Below are positions 35,347 to 45,722 of a stretch of DNA of 52,649 nt, in pieces (the first letter of the stretch is position 1; the number at the start of each line of letters is the position of its first letter). The position numbers and the translations under genes were made by a program. The notes beneath the pieces were generated by a model. That model was not told the origin of the DNA, did not search any database, and was given only the letters and a program-made list of their open reading frames with translations. Origin of the DNA: an uncultured Nitrospiraceae bacterium (lineage in GTDB: Bacteria; Nitrospirota; UBA9217); NCBI GenBank assembly GCA_964646375.1, contig CAZYEF010000001.1:1-52649 (forward strand), read 5' to 3'.

Positions 35347-37260
35347 ATGCCAGGTGTTTTTGGTATTTATGATATGCAGTGCAAATATGAGGCTAATGAA
35401 CATGTCTCTTATATGAATAATTTGACTAATATTTTAAATCACAACAATAGATTTGATTTTGATGTTGTAAGTACAAAAAAATTTTGCACAGGAATCAGAA
35501 GTTTTAAAAATAATAAAAACTCCGAAAATCAAACCTGTTATTTTGATAATAGTGTCATAATTATGATTGATGGCAATGTTTACTCATGTCTTCAGAATGG
35601 TTATCAAACGTATTTGTCTCATAATGAAGGATTACCGACAATAATATTCAATTTGTATAAAGATTTTGGTGACAAACCGGAAAAATTATCTAAAATGTTG
35701 AATGGTGAATATAATATTGTGATATTTGATTCTAAAATAGATTTGTTGTTAGTATTCAATGACACATGGGGGTTTAGAGAGTTTTTCTATTACTTCGATA
35801 ATAACCTATTTTTGTTTTCTCCTGAGATAAAAGCAATTCTTGATTTCAATGGAATTAATACAACAATGAACTTTCAGGCCGCGTACGATTATCTCAGATA
35901 CGGATATATTTTATGTGATCACACTTTCTTGAATGAAATAAATTTATTGCCTCCTGGGGGATGGATAGTTGTTAAGAACGGACAAATAAGTACCGGTTGT
36001 TCAAACTTTGATATTGATAAACCCATAAAGAACATAAACATTGACGATGCGTGCACGCAGGCTTTTGATTTCTTGGAAAAAGCAGTCAGTCGCAGACTCA
36101 TATCTGAGCGTTGTAAAGTTATTTCATATCTCAGTGGAGGATTAGACAGTCGCATGATAAGTGCAATACTCTATAAGAATAATGCACTTGACACTTTGTT
36201 AACAATAAGCTCCGGTAAATATGGATTTGAATATTTAATCGCAAAAGAAGTTGCAAAAGAATTTAATGGTATTAAACATATATTGGCGACTACATCATCA
36301 GAACATATTTTGAAGCATTTGGATTGGTCAGTATGGGCTTCAGATGGTATGTTGAGTATTACGAGCATCAGCCCCTACTTTGGCGCTTCTATAAATACAG
36401 TGACAGACCATGAAATGATTTTCGGTGGTTTTGTCGGCGATTTGATACTGGGCGGTAGTTATACCAGAATAGATGATTCCAGTAGATTTACCAGGAATGA
36501 TAAAATTGAGAAACTCAAGCATCTTGCTGGCCATGGAACACTTGAGTCGTTTTGGGATTGCCTTTTTACAGACTCTTTCAAAAAAAAGATTTCTTATTAT
36601 GAGGGGACAAGTATCGAGCAGGCATACAATCGTTTGTGCGATAGCACTGATAACTTTGCATTGCAGCAGGAGTTGTTCATCATCTTGAGCAGATGCCGAA
36701 GGAATTTCAATGGCAATAGAGGGCTTATTTCTCATTCGGGGGCAGAGGAATTCTACCCATTTTTTGACGAGGATTTGATTGATTTTTTATATTCTTTGCC
36801 TATAAACATACGAGCTCAACACAAGCTTTATTTTGAAATATTTAAAAAATACTTTCCAAAGCTGGCAAACATTAGGTGGCTCAAAACAGGAGCTAATTTA
36901 TACTCTTCACCTAGTAAAATTTATGAAAATGCCAGAGATTTTTTTGACAAATTCAAGTGGCATATGCAGGTGTGGTCGGGGGGGAAGTGTAATATCAGTG
37001 ATCCATGGGTTTATACGCAACCTGATATATGGTATCGTACAGATGACAGACTTAACAATCATATTAACAGTATATTAAATGATAACAGGACGAGACAGCG
37101 TGGTTTTTTTGATATGAATGGCGTCAATAAGTTGTTGGAACATACAAAAAAAGGTTTTGATAACTTCAAAATTATTGAAAGGTTGTTGGCGTTTGAATTG
37201 TGGTGTCGCTTTTTCATTGATAAGGACACTGAAACACATGGTTATTCAAAACATAATTAG
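35347..37260 (+). CDS. Asparagine-synthetase-family (AsnB-like) adenylating enzyme lacking the N-terminal nucleophile Cys
   Basis: PP-loop YLSGGLDSRMISAIL in the C-terminal synthetase domain. The N-terminus is MPGVFGIYD rather than MCG..., and the NGEIYN block is degenerate (DGNVYS). GAGG SD 7 nt upstream of the ATG, with no in-frame upstream Cys codon. Confidence 0.75.
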   Translation: MPGVFGIYDMQCKYEANEHVSYMNNLTNILNHNNRFDFDVVSTKKFCTGIRSFKNNKNSENQTCYFDNSVIIMIDGNVYSCLQNGYQTYLSHNEGLPTIIFNLYKDFGDKPEKLSKMLNGEYNIVIFDSKIDLLLVFNDTWGFREFFYYFDNNLFLFSPEIKAILDFNGINTTMNFQAAYDYLRYGYILCDHTFLNEINLLPPGGWIVVKNGQISTGCSNFDIDKPIKNINIDDACTQAFDFLEKAVSRRLISERCKVISYLSGGLDSRMISAILYKNNALDTLLTISSGKYGFEYLIAKEVAKEFNGIKHILATTSSEHILKHLDWSVWASDGMLSITSISPYFGASINTVTDHEMIFGGFVGDLILGGSYTRIDDSSRFTRNDKIEKLKHLAGHGTLESFWDCLFTDSFKKKISYYEGTSIEQAYNRLCDSTDNFALQQELFIILSRCRRNFNGNRGLISHSGAEEFYPFFDEDLIDFLYSLPINIRAQHKLYFEIFKKYFPKLANIRWLKTGANLYSSPSKIYENARDFFDKFKWHMQVWSGGKCNISDPWVYTQPDIWYRTDDRLNNHINSILNDNRTRQRGFFDMNGVNKLLEHTKKGFDNFKIIERLLAFELWCRFFIDKDTETHGYSKHN

Positions 37261-37297
37261 TTCGTATGATTATAACTAGTTCAACGCATAATAATAT

Positions 37298-38452
37298 ATG
37301 ATAATTGTGAATTTTGCTTTTAATCATTGGTCACGCTATTGGAAACGTAACCAGACGTTGTTTTACTTGATTAGTTGTATGGATCAAGTAAAATATGGTT
37401 ATTATATTAATCCGGTTGTGTGGTTAACAGATTATTTAAGATCACCTGCGTCTATTTTTGAGATTAGTGCGAGATATATCCTTACAAGATCAGTATCTTC
37501 TAAAATCAAGGTATCTACTCCAGTATATTTGCCTTTTGTAAAAAAGAGTAAGGTCATAAGTAATTTTAACAGATTTGTAAATGGGTTACGTTTTTCTGGC
37601 ATAAATGATAATAAAATTATTTTGGTTTTGAATAATCTGCAATCTGATCATGAGCTTGTGGGTTTTATTGCTCAACGGGCTTTTCTCACAATATTCGACT
37701 GGTCTGACGATTTTGTTGAATTTTCCAGCAATACGGAAGAAAGAAGCATTTGCAATAAAAGGTGTGAGACTTTTTGTAAAATGTCAGATGTTGTTTTAAC
37801 AATTAATGACGATTTGAGAAACAGGGCTTTAAGCATCAATGAAAACTCCTATGTTATAAAGAACGCAACCAACTATTTTACTTTTGAAAACCATAGTAAA
37901 AATTCCGATATAGTCAAAAAGGTTCGAAAACCGGGTGGTACAGCGATAGGTTATGTGGGATGGTTGAACAGCTTGAGATTGGATTTGGAGTTAATTAGTT
38001 TCTTAGTGCACCAACGGCCTGAATATATGTTTGTTTTTATGGGCCCTATGAGTGAAAAACAGCCTTTGGGAACTCATATTCCAAAAGCAGACAACGTCAT
38101 AGTACTGCCCCCTGTTCCGTATGAAGAATATCCTGCCTGTCTCAGAGCATTCGATGTCTGTATTTTACCAAACCTGATCAATGCGCATACCAGTGGTAAT
38201 GATCCAATAAAAATTTATGATTATCTTGCAAGTGGAAGACCTGTTGTTGCTACGCAAACTGCTGGTACCGAAAGGTTTGCGGATCTTCTCTATCTTGCGA
38301 ATGATAAACAGCAGTTTTTGGCTTTGCTGGACCAGGCAGTCCAAGAGAAATCTGAATCTCTGGCGCAAAACCGTATCAATGCAGCTAGACAGCATTCCTG
38401 GCAGAATAGGTTTGTCGAAGTTGAAGAAATAATAAAAAAATATTTAAATTAA
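37298..38452 (+). CDS. GT-B glycosyltransferase (TuaH-like)
   Basis: 384 aa. C-terminal block FDVCILPNLINAHTSGNDPIKIYDYLASGRPVVATQTAG. Confidence 0.6.
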   Translation: MIIVNFAFNHWSRYWKRNQTLFYLISCMDQVKYGYYINPVVWLTDYLRSPASIFEISARYILTRSVSSKIKVSTPVYLPFVKKSKVISNFNRFVNGLRFSGINDNKIILVLNNLQSDHELVGFIAQRAFLTIFDWSDDFVEFSSNTEERSICNKRCETFCKMSDVVLTINDDLRNRALSINENSYVIKNATNYFTFENHSKNSDIVKKVRKPGGTAIGYVGWLNSLRLDLELISFLVHQRPEYMFVFMGPMSEKQPLGTHIPKADNVIVLPPVPYEEYPACLRAFDVCILPNLINAHTSGNDPIKIYDYLASGRPVVATQTAGTERFADLLYLANDKQQFLALLDQAVQEKSESLAQNRINAARQHSWQNRFVEVEEIIKKYLN

Positions 38453-38468
38453 TCAATGCGACAACATT

Positions 38469-39665
38469 ATGCCCATAAAAAAAACTAAAATATTGATGCT
38501 GCTATTGGAATTTCACCCTGTTTTTACGGGTCATGGCATTTATATTCAGCAGTTAAGCAGATATCTCAATAGGTGTGGATGTGAGGTTTCCGTTCTGGCG
38601 GCAGATTATATTACATTGCCGGTTTATGAAAAAATTGGCGATTTGGATGTGCATCGTTTCAGGTTTGCCCATACTGAAAAGTTCTGGGAGCTAAAACTGG
38701 CCCTAAGAGTCATCCGTTTTCTTTTAACCAACAGAAAACATTATGATATTTTACATATTCATGGCCATCTCGATGTTTATGGACTCCTTACTCTTTTTAA
38801 CCTTGTGACTGGTAAGCATACTATCTCTCAAATGGTACTGCTGGGCGCTGATGATCCATTGACATTGATGGGGACTTACAGATTTATGCGGTTGCGCTAC
38901 AAGGTATTAACACTGATGGATCGTTTTATCTGTATTTCTAAAGTTCTGGGAGAAAGCTATCGAAATGCTGGTCTTCCGATGCATAAGTTGACATATATCC
39001 CTCAAGGCGTAGATACGCAGCGATTTACACCAATGCCATCAATTGAAACAAAGGAAGGACTAAAAATCAATTTAGGATTGTCTGCCTTTAGTCAAATAGT
39101 AATATTCGTAGGTGCGATAGTGGAAAGAAAAGGGGTTGACTGGCTAGTTAACGCTTGGTGCCTTCTTCAGAAGAATCATCCGACTGCTTATCTGTTGCTG
39201 GTTGGGCAGGATGTTTTTGATGGAAACGATGTGAATGAAGTGGCTCTTAATTCGTTCGTTGATTCTATTAAAACGGTCATTATTCAGAACCGGCTAAACG
39301 TCCATTTTGCGGGAAAACAACTCGATGTTCAAAAATACTTCCAGTGTGCCGATGTTTTTGTTCTGCCCTCCAGAAAAGAGGGTTTTGGGAATGTGATTCT
39401 CGAGGGCATGGCAAGCGGGTTGCCCGTAGTTGTGACCCATATGGATGGTGTCTCGCTCGAAACTGTTGTGCCTGGAGAAAACGGTTTTATTGTCAACAGT
39501 GTCTCGGAATTATCACAATCACTTGCGTTGCTGTTAAGTGACAAGGCATTGGCTGCCTCCATGGGAAGGGCCGGCAGAAAGATGGCTGAAGACATTTTTT
39601 CCATGCCCAACATAGCGGAACGATATGCAAACGTATATCGCGAAATAACCGGTGGCCATAGGTGA
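38469..39665 (+). CDS. Glycosyltransferase, GT-B fold (GT4-like)
   Basis: SRKEGFGNVILEGMASGLPVVVTHMDGVSLETVVPGENGFIV. Confidence 0.85.
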   Translation: MPIKKTKILMLLLEFHPVFTGHGIYIQQLSRYLNRCGCEVSVLAADYITLPVYEKIGDLDVHRFRFAHTEKFWELKLALRVIRFLLTNRKHYDILHIHGHLDVYGLLTLFNLVTGKHTISQMVLLGADDPLTLMGTYRFMRLRYKVLTLMDRFICISKVLGESYRNAGLPMHKLTYIPQGVDTQRFTPMPSIETKEGLKINLGLSAFSQIVIFVGAIVERKGVDWLVNAWCLLQKNHPTAYLLLVGQDVFDGNDVNEVALNSFVDSIKTVIIQNRLNVHFAGKQLDVQKYFQCADVFVLPSRKEGFGNVILEGMASGLPVVVTHMDGVSLETVVPGENGFIVNSVSELSQSLALLLSDKALAASMGRAGRKMAEDIFSMPNIAERYANVYREITGGHR

Positions 39666-40807
39666 TTGATCATAAAAAAGACGGCAGGATTAATGTCGCA
39701 TACATAATTGACACCATTTCCTGTGATACGGCTGGAACGCAGAAACAGCTTTTAGAGACAATTAAACGAATTGATTCGGGGTCGTTTTGCGTGCATCTGG
39801 TATGTCTCTGGCAGTCGGAGTGGATGATAAAAAACATCTTGCCCTGCCCCTGTACCGTTCTGGGTTATAAGGGGTTTTTGAAATTTAATTTTTTTGCCGT
39901 AATTGCCAGGTTGCGTAAATTTTACAGGGAACAGAATATTAAGATTGTTCAGACTTTTTTTGAAGATTCGATTTTTGTCGCATATTTGTCCGCCCTTCCT
40001 GTCCGTCCTCGTCCTGTTCTTATTTCGAGCCGAAGGGATATGGGGCTGGGGGAAAATAATCAACCCTGGTATCACCATCTGTATGGCATGGTATTGCCGT
40101 TAGTGAACAGATCTTTCGATGGCATCATTGCAAACAGCGAGCAGGTTCGCCAGTATGTTGCCAAGCGGGAAAGAGTATCACTTGAGAAGATTATGGTTGT
40201 TAGAAATGGCGTTGATTTGCCGGGTATTCCAGTGTCGCTGCCTGATGTTTTTAAACAGGCAGATAATAATGCATTATGGGTCGGGTTGGTTGCCAGTTTG
40301 ACTCCGGTGAAACGTCATGATCTGTTTCTGCATGCGCTTGCTCTCTGTATGCATAAATTGACAATTCCGGTCCGGGTCCTGTTGCTCGGCGAGGGGCCTG
40401 AACGTAAATCACTGGAACAGCTTTGTACGAAATTGCATCTTGATGGTAGCGTCCTGTTTCAGGGGGTTGTCCGGGACGTCGCCAGTTATCTGCAGCATCT
40501 CGATATATGTGTACTTTGCTCCGACAGGGAAGGATTGTCCAATGCCATTCTTGAATACATGGCGTGCGCCAAGCCTGTAATAGCCACCGCGGTTGGCGGT
40601 AACACTGAACTGGTGAATGATCAAAACGGAATACTGGTACCTCCTGGTGATCCGGCTGCACTGGCAGATGCCTTGGCTGACCTTGCCATGAACGCTGAAA
40701 AAAGAAAGAAGATGGGAACGGAGTCCTTGAAGATGGTAATGGAGCGGTTTTCTTGGCAAAAATCGATGAATGCCCTTGAAGGCTATTATCGGGAAGTCGT
40801 GAGGTAA
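39662..40807 (+). CDS. Glycosyltransferase, GT-B fold (GT4-like)
   Basis: GTG start overlapping the previous stop by 4 nt. SDREGLSNAILEYMACAKPVIATAVGGNTELVNDQNGILV. Confidence 0.85.
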   Translation: MIDHKKDGRINVAYIIDTISCDTAGTQKQLLETIKRIDSGSFCVHLVCLWQSEWMIKNILPCPCTVLGYKGFLKFNFFAVIARLRKFYREQNIKIVQTFFEDSIFVAYLSALPVRPRPVLISSRRDMGLGENNQPWYHHLYGMVLPLVNRSFDGIIANSEQVRQYVAKRERVSLEKIMVVRNGVDLPGIPVSLPDVFKQADNNALWVGLVASLTPVKRHDLFLHALALCMHKLTIPVRVLLLGEGPERKSLEQLCTKLHLDGSVLFQGVVRDVASYLQHLDICVLCSDREGLSNAILEYMACAKPVIATAVGGNTELVNDQNGILVPPGDPAALADALADLAMNAEKRKKMGTESLKMVMERFSWQKSMNALEGYYREVVR

Positions 40808-40809
40808 CT

Positions 40810-42159
40810 TTGAGTCTAGCTTTACTGCGAAGATGCTTTTGGGAGCCGCTTCAGCTAAAGATTGCCGGAAGTCCGAGATTGTCTTATTGGAAAAGTCTTG
40901 AGAAAACCCAGTGGTATACTAAGGCTCAACTGGAAGAGATACAATGGTCACGTTTGCGGGAACTCTGGCATTTCCTGTGGCAACAGAACAGGTTTTATGC
41001 GACCCGTTTCAGAAGAGCCGGGCTTGATATTAAGAGCCTTGTTTGCCCGGAAGATGTAAGGAAACTGCCATTCCTGACCAAGAGGGAGATTCGAGACAAT
41101 ACGGAAGAAATGATTTCAGATGGATATACTGCGGACATGCTGCTTCATTTTAAGACTGGAGGCTCCACGGGAAAAGCGCTGGATATATTTGTTACCGAGG
41201 AATGCAGCGAGCTGAGAAATGCCTGTGCCAGAAGACATGACCGCTGGACGGGGTGGGAACCGGGGGAGGCCATCGGGGCCGCATGGGGAAATCCAAAGCT
41301 CCCTAGAACCGCTAGGGAGAAACTTTTAAATTCTATGGTTCAACCCTACATATATCTGGATACCATGTCGGTATCAGAGAGCTCTGTTCTTCAATTCGCC
41401 GCTGAATGGGCGAGAGCCAAGCCGACAATGCTGTTCGGGCATGCACATTCTCTGTATCTCTTTGCAAATTATGTCCGTGAAATGAAGCTGACCAATGTTC
41501 TGCCGAAAGGGATTCTGTCCACTTCCATGATGCTTCTTCCCCATGAACGTAAGACAATTGAAGGAGTCTTCGGGGTCAAGGTGACTGATCGATATGGTTG
41601 CGAAGAGGTAAGTCTGATTGGATGTGAATGTGAACAGCATGATGGTCTGCATATGAATATTGAGCATCTGGTAATCGAATTCGTGAAGGATGATGGTTCT
41701 TATGCCAGACCAGGCGAGCCGGGAAATATTGTCGTGACAGATTTGATGAACAAAGCTATGCCCTTTGTCCGTTATCGGGTTGAGGATGTTGGTATCCCGC
41801 TTGATAGACAGTGTTCCTGCGGAAGAGGGTTGCCTTTAATGGGCAAGGTTACGGGAAGAGTTGCAGATTTTCTTGTCAAGCGTGATGGAACGAGGGTCGC
41901 CGGAATTTCGTTGATCGAAAACACGCTTACCCGCATGCCTGGGCTAGATCAACTACAGATCATTCAGGAAAATCTTCACCAGATTCGTCTCAATGTTGTA
42001 CCTGGAAGGACCTATACGAACGATATCGGCAACGCGCTGACCGATTATTTTGTTGATGTTTTTGGAAAGGATGTACAGGTCGAATTACAGGTTGTTAACG
42101 CTATTCAACCGGAAAAATCCGGCAAGTATCGATTTTCTATTTGTAGAGTCCAGCTGTGA
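40810..42159 (+). CDS. Adenylate-forming enzyme of the PaaK / CapK / coenzyme F390 synthetase-like family
   Basis: TTG start directly after the previous stop. ANL-superfamily blocks FKTGGSTGKAL, DRYGCEEV, GEPGNIVVTDL, PFVRYRVEDVG, GRVADFLV and a terminal KSGKYRF. Confidence 0.8.
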   Translation: MSLALLRRCFWEPLQLKIAGSPRLSYWKSLEKTQWYTKAQLEEIQWSRLRELWHFLWQQNRFYATRFRRAGLDIKSLVCPEDVRKLPFLTKREIRDNTEEMISDGYTADMLLHFKTGGSTGKALDIFVTEECSELRNACARRHDRWTGWEPGEAIGAAWGNPKLPRTAREKLLNSMVQPYIYLDTMSVSESSVLQFAAEWARAKPTMLFGHAHSLYLFANYVREMKLTNVLPKGILSTSMMLLPHERKTIEGVFGVKVTDRYGCEEVSLIGCECEQHDGLHMNIEHLVIEFVKDDGSYARPGEPGNIVVTDLMNKAMPFVRYRVEDVGIPLDRQCSCGRGLPLMGKVTGRVADFLVKRDGTRVAGISLIENTLTRMPGLDQLQIIQENLHQIRLNVVPGRTYTNDIGNALTDYFVDVFGKDVQVELQVVNAIQPEKSGKYRFSICRVQL

Positions 42160-42226
42160 CCGATGAATCATATTTCTTTTAGCCGTGTTGCCGGTCAGTT
42201 AGAGTGTTGTCACAATGGTGGATCCA

Positions 42227-43393
42227 ATGTCAAAAAAGGTGCTCCATTTAATTGATAGCGGCGGTCTGTATGGAGCGGAAAGCGTCATACTTGCCCTGTC
42301 GCGGGAAATGCAGGCCGGAGGCGAGTTCGAACCCGTTGTTGGTTGCATTGTGGCTCAGCTAAACGCACCGAGCGACCTGTATGACAAATGTCTTCAGCTT
42401 GGAATTCGCGCTGAAAAAGTTGTTATTCGCAATCCCTTGTTTTATATCGATGTTTTTGTGGTAGCCAGGCAGTTGAGAAGACTTGGGATTAACCTGATTC
42501 ATTCCCACGGATATAAGCCATCTGTTTTTGGATATTTTATCGCTCTTTTGGCCTCCATACCGATAACGGCTACCTGTCATCTGTGGTTTCTTCAGGGTGA
42601 TGCTCCGTTGAAAATGAAGGTGATGGTCAGGTTCGAACTATTTTTGTATAAATTTTTCCCGGTTGTGGTTGCCGTTTCAGAACCGATCAGAAATGTTCTA
42701 TTATCTAAAGGTGTCCCTGAATACAAAACAAAGGTTGTAAATAACGGCATTGTTCTGGATGATTACAGGCAGAGCGACAGAGAGACTGTTGATAAGTTAA
42801 GGGACTCGCTTCAGGTCAGGGAAGGTGATCTGTGTCTGATAAATGTTGCGAGGTTGAACTACCAGAAGGCTCAATGGCATATCATAGATGCCGCCGCAGT
42901 ACTCAAGGCGAAAGGTGAAAAGCTGATTTTTTTCATTGTTGGCGAGGGAGAATTGATGGACTCACTTAAACGGCAAGTTAGCGACAATAATCTCCAACAA
43001 ACGGTTCATCTCCTTGGTTTCCGCTCAGACGTAAGACAACTGCTTCAGGCCGCCGACATCTTTCTTTTGCCGTCCCTTGACGAAGGCATGCCGATAGCTC
43101 TGCTAGAGGCCATTGCTAGCAGAACCCCAGTTTTGGCAACGCCTGTTGGCGATATTCCAAAACTGATAAAGAATAACCATAGTGGTGTCTTGGTAAATAA
43201 GGATGATGTAATGGATTTGGTTGATGGAATCCAGCGTATGGCTGCTTCCCCTGAATTAAGGAAGAAATGCGCTGACAATGCATGGGAAGCCGTTCTGGAT
43301 GTTTACTCAAGTAAGGCAATGTATCGATCTTACTGTCTCATATATCGCGATCTGCTGAATTTGTCCGATTTTGATATCATTGCAAACGCATGA
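42227..43393 (+). CDS. Glycosyltransferase, GT-B fold (GT4-like)
   Basis: MSKKVLHLIDSGGLYGAE N-terminus. PSLDEGMPIALLEAIASRTPVLATPVGDIPKLIKNNHSGVLV. Confidence 0.85.
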   Translation: MSKKVLHLIDSGGLYGAESVILALSREMQAGGEFEPVVGCIVAQLNAPSDLYDKCLQLGIRAEKVVIRNPLFYIDVFVVARQLRRLGINLIHSHGYKPSVFGYFIALLASIPITATCHLWFLQGDAPLKMKVMVRFELFLYKFFPVVVAVSEPIRNVLLSKGVPEYKTKVVNNGIVLDDYRQSDRETVDKLRDSLQVREGDLCLINVARLNYQKAQWHIIDAAAVLKAKGEKLIFFIVGEGELMDSLKRQVSDNNLQQTVHLLGFRSDVRQLLQAADIFLLPSLDEGMPIALLEAIASRTPVLATPVGDIPKLIKNNHSGVLVNKDDVMDLVDGIQRMAASPELRKKCADNAWEAVLDVYSSKAMYRSYCLIYRDLLNLSDFDIIANA

Positions 43394-44337
43394 ACATGGA
43401 TATCCTCGGAAAAATAAATATATTGTACAACCGTTTGATGCAGAGAAACGCAAACTGGTTTTTCAGGGATGTTCTCAACACACCACCCATTCCAACAAAT
43501 CCTTGTTCTGATACAATTCTCTACTGCGCACTGGACAGGACGAGTTGCAGACAATACATTGCAGCCGCAAAGTCCTTGCTGCGATATTACAATGATCTGG
43601 CAGTTGTTGCACAGAGTGACGGTACGCTTGACAGCCAATGCATTCGGGAAATAGAGCAACATCTTCCTGGTGTAATTGTTTCTACGAAAGAACAGATGTT
43701 CCAGTGTATTGCGAAGAAGGCTGCTCCTGAATTGCTCAGATTGATACCTCCGCCAAAAGAATATCTGCAGCATACCTCTGTAAAAATCATGTATCTAAAG
43801 TTTTTGAACGTAATTTTCCAGTTTAATGGTTGTAAGGTTATCCTTATTGATTCTGATTTGTTGTTTCTGCGTAAACCGGATTATATAATAAACTGGGCCA
43901 AAGGGTGTTATTCCAATGATTTTTATAGTGAGGGGAGTAACGCCAAGGCTGAAGATTTTCATGCAATGGGATTTCATTTTACTCACCTTGATGTTGCCAA
44001 TTTCAGTTCAGGGACAATAGGGGTGGGAGCTAATGTGACCCAGAAAGAGTTGATTGATATTTTTTCGAGGATTAGAGAATATGATACTTCATTATTTTAT
44101 GCTTGGGAATTTGAACAAGCCTTATGGTCCATTGTGATGGCAAGAAGGGAAAAGCCCGTCAATATCGACGAGTTGAGAGAGGTGTATGTTGGCAGTGGCT
44201 GGCGTTCATATGAAGAGTTGAAGGAAAAAGCCGTGATTGCCCATTTTGCAGGCGCTGTCCGTTTCAATAATTTAAAATATCTCCGTTGTGCAAGAGATGT
44301 ATTTGCTGATTTGCAATGTATTGAGGCTGGTGTGTAG
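43390..44337 (+). CDS. Hypothetical protein, possible GT-A fold (GT8-like) glycosyltransferase
   Basis: ATGA overlap with the upstream gene. DxD-like KVILIDSDLLFL, then NFSSGTIGV, EQALW and a late AHFAGAVRF block. The order is reminiscent of GT8 enzymes. Weak call made by eye only. Confidence 0.4.
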   Translation: MNMDILGKINILYNRLMQRNANWFFRDVLNTPPIPTNPCSDTILYCALDRTSCRQYIAAAKSLLRYYNDLAVVAQSDGTLDSQCIREIEQHLPGVIVSTKEQMFQCIAKKAAPELLRLIPPPKEYLQHTSVKIMYLKFLNVIFQFNGCKVILIDSDLLFLRKPDYIINWAKGCYSNDFYSEGSNAKAEDFHAMGFHFTHLDVANFSSGTIGVGANVTQKELIDIFSRIREYDTSLFYAWEFEQALWSIVMARREKPVNIDELREVYVGSGWRSYEELKEKAVIAHFAGAVRFNNLKYLRCARDVFADLQCIEAGV

Positions 44338-44340
44338 ATA

Positions 44341-45663
44341 ATGAATGACTCTGATTTTCCCAAAACAACCGGAAACCTTTCGCCTTCATTTTTTCTCTTT
44401 CTTTTTTATATTGTGGTGTGGTGGCTCCAACTTGGTGAACGACTCGGGAAGAGATTTGGCACAGAAATCCGCCTTGAAGCGGTTGTAGCAGTTGTTTTGC
44501 TTGTTATAACGATATTTGATTCGTTTCGAAAAAAAACAGAAGAAAAGGCAGGCTTTACCCCATATATTGCATCTCTTTTCATTGTAATGATTATTCAGGT
44601 GGTTTTTGCTTGGGATTCTGATAGGGCTTGGGATGTTTTTATTGATAACGTACTGAAGTATTCAGCAATGGGATTGTTTATTGCTAGGTTTGTCCGAAAC
44701 ACTCAACAATTAGGATGGTTGATGTTTGTCTGGTTGTTAGCCTGCTGGAAGGGAACACTTGAAGGCGTCCTGGGTGGCATAACTGGTTCGCTGATATGGG
44801 AAAATCAAGGAATTATGAGGCTAAATGGTGTTGGTCTCTGGGCACACCCCAACTCGTTTTCTGAATTTGCCCTTGGTGCTATACCCTTCTGTTTTTACTT
44901 GTTCCCGTTGGTGACCAGAAAATGGTTGCGCCTGGGTTTGATTTCATTGTTTTGTTTCGCAACTTATGTGGTTGTTTACACCGGTTCGAGGACTGGTTAT
45001 CTTGGCTACATTATTTTGATGATTTTATTTTATTTCCAGTCCCCCAAAACAGTTAAAAAGAAACTCCTTGTTGCTTTTTTGGTTCTGATTCCGTTGACTG
45101 TTGTTTATTTACCAACAGATTATCAAGGGCGGTTTTTGTCTACCTTCAGTGGAAAGGAAAAAGAGGGCGCCTCAAAAGAGTCGCGCCAAAAACTTTACCG
45201 CGAGGGATGGTACGTTTTCAAGCGCCATCCTTTTGGTGTTGGCGTCGGCAATTTCCGGGTAGCTGGCCTTAAATATTTTGACACGCCCATGGACCAGCAT
45301 TGCCTTTACACCGAAGCTCTGACTGAAATTGGAATTCAGGGATTTATAGTATTCATGTTTTTTATGTCAAAAATATATGCCACGCTTGTTAACTTAAAAA
45401 AAGAGTTGTTGGTAATTCTTGGCAAGCTGGAAAGCGCAGCTCCTGATTGCGTGAGCACAATTTATGATGCGCGTCTCACATATGCGGTTCTCCAATCAAC
45501 CCTTGTCTATTTTCTTTTACGGCTGTTTCTGGATATTTTTGGAATGGATCTTTATGGAATATGCTGGTGGTTTGTGGCTGGAATCACATCGTCACTTTTC
45601 TTTATTGTTAAACGCTTTCAGAACAAGATGCTACTTCTAGAAAAGGCACAATTAGTGGAATAA
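44341..45663 (+). CDS. O-antigen/EPS polymerase (Wzy / O-antigen ligase family)
   Basis: 440 aa and polytopic. Wzy_C-like blocks WAHPNSFSEFALG, VYTGSRTGYLGYIILM and a periplasmic loop with HPFGVGVGNF...QHCLYTEALTEIGIQG. Confidence 0.7.
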   Translation: MNDSDFPKTTGNLSPSFFLFLFYIVVWWLQLGERLGKRFGTEIRLEAVVAVVLLVITIFDSFRKKTEEKAGFTPYIASLFIVMIIQVVFAWDSDRAWDVFIDNVLKYSAMGLFIARFVRNTQQLGWLMFVWLLACWKGTLEGVLGGITGSLIWENQGIMRLNGVGLWAHPNSFSEFALGAIPFCFYLFPLVTRKWLRLGLISLFCFATYVVVYTGSRTGYLGYIILMILFYFQSPKTVKKKLLVAFLVLIPLTVVYLPTDYQGRFLSTFSGKEKEGASKESRQKLYREGWYVFKRHPFGVGVGNFRVAGLKYFDTPMDQHCLYTEALTEIGIQGFIVFMFFMSKIYATLVNLKKELLVILGKLESAAPDCVSTIYDARLTYAVLQSTLVYFLLRLFLDIFGMDLYGICWWFVAGITSSLFFIVKRFQNKMLLLEKAQLVE

Positions 45664-45722
45664 TTTCTTTTAGATAAGCCATTGGCTTTGCTGGGATGTT
45701 TATTATATTTAAAGGTAATATT

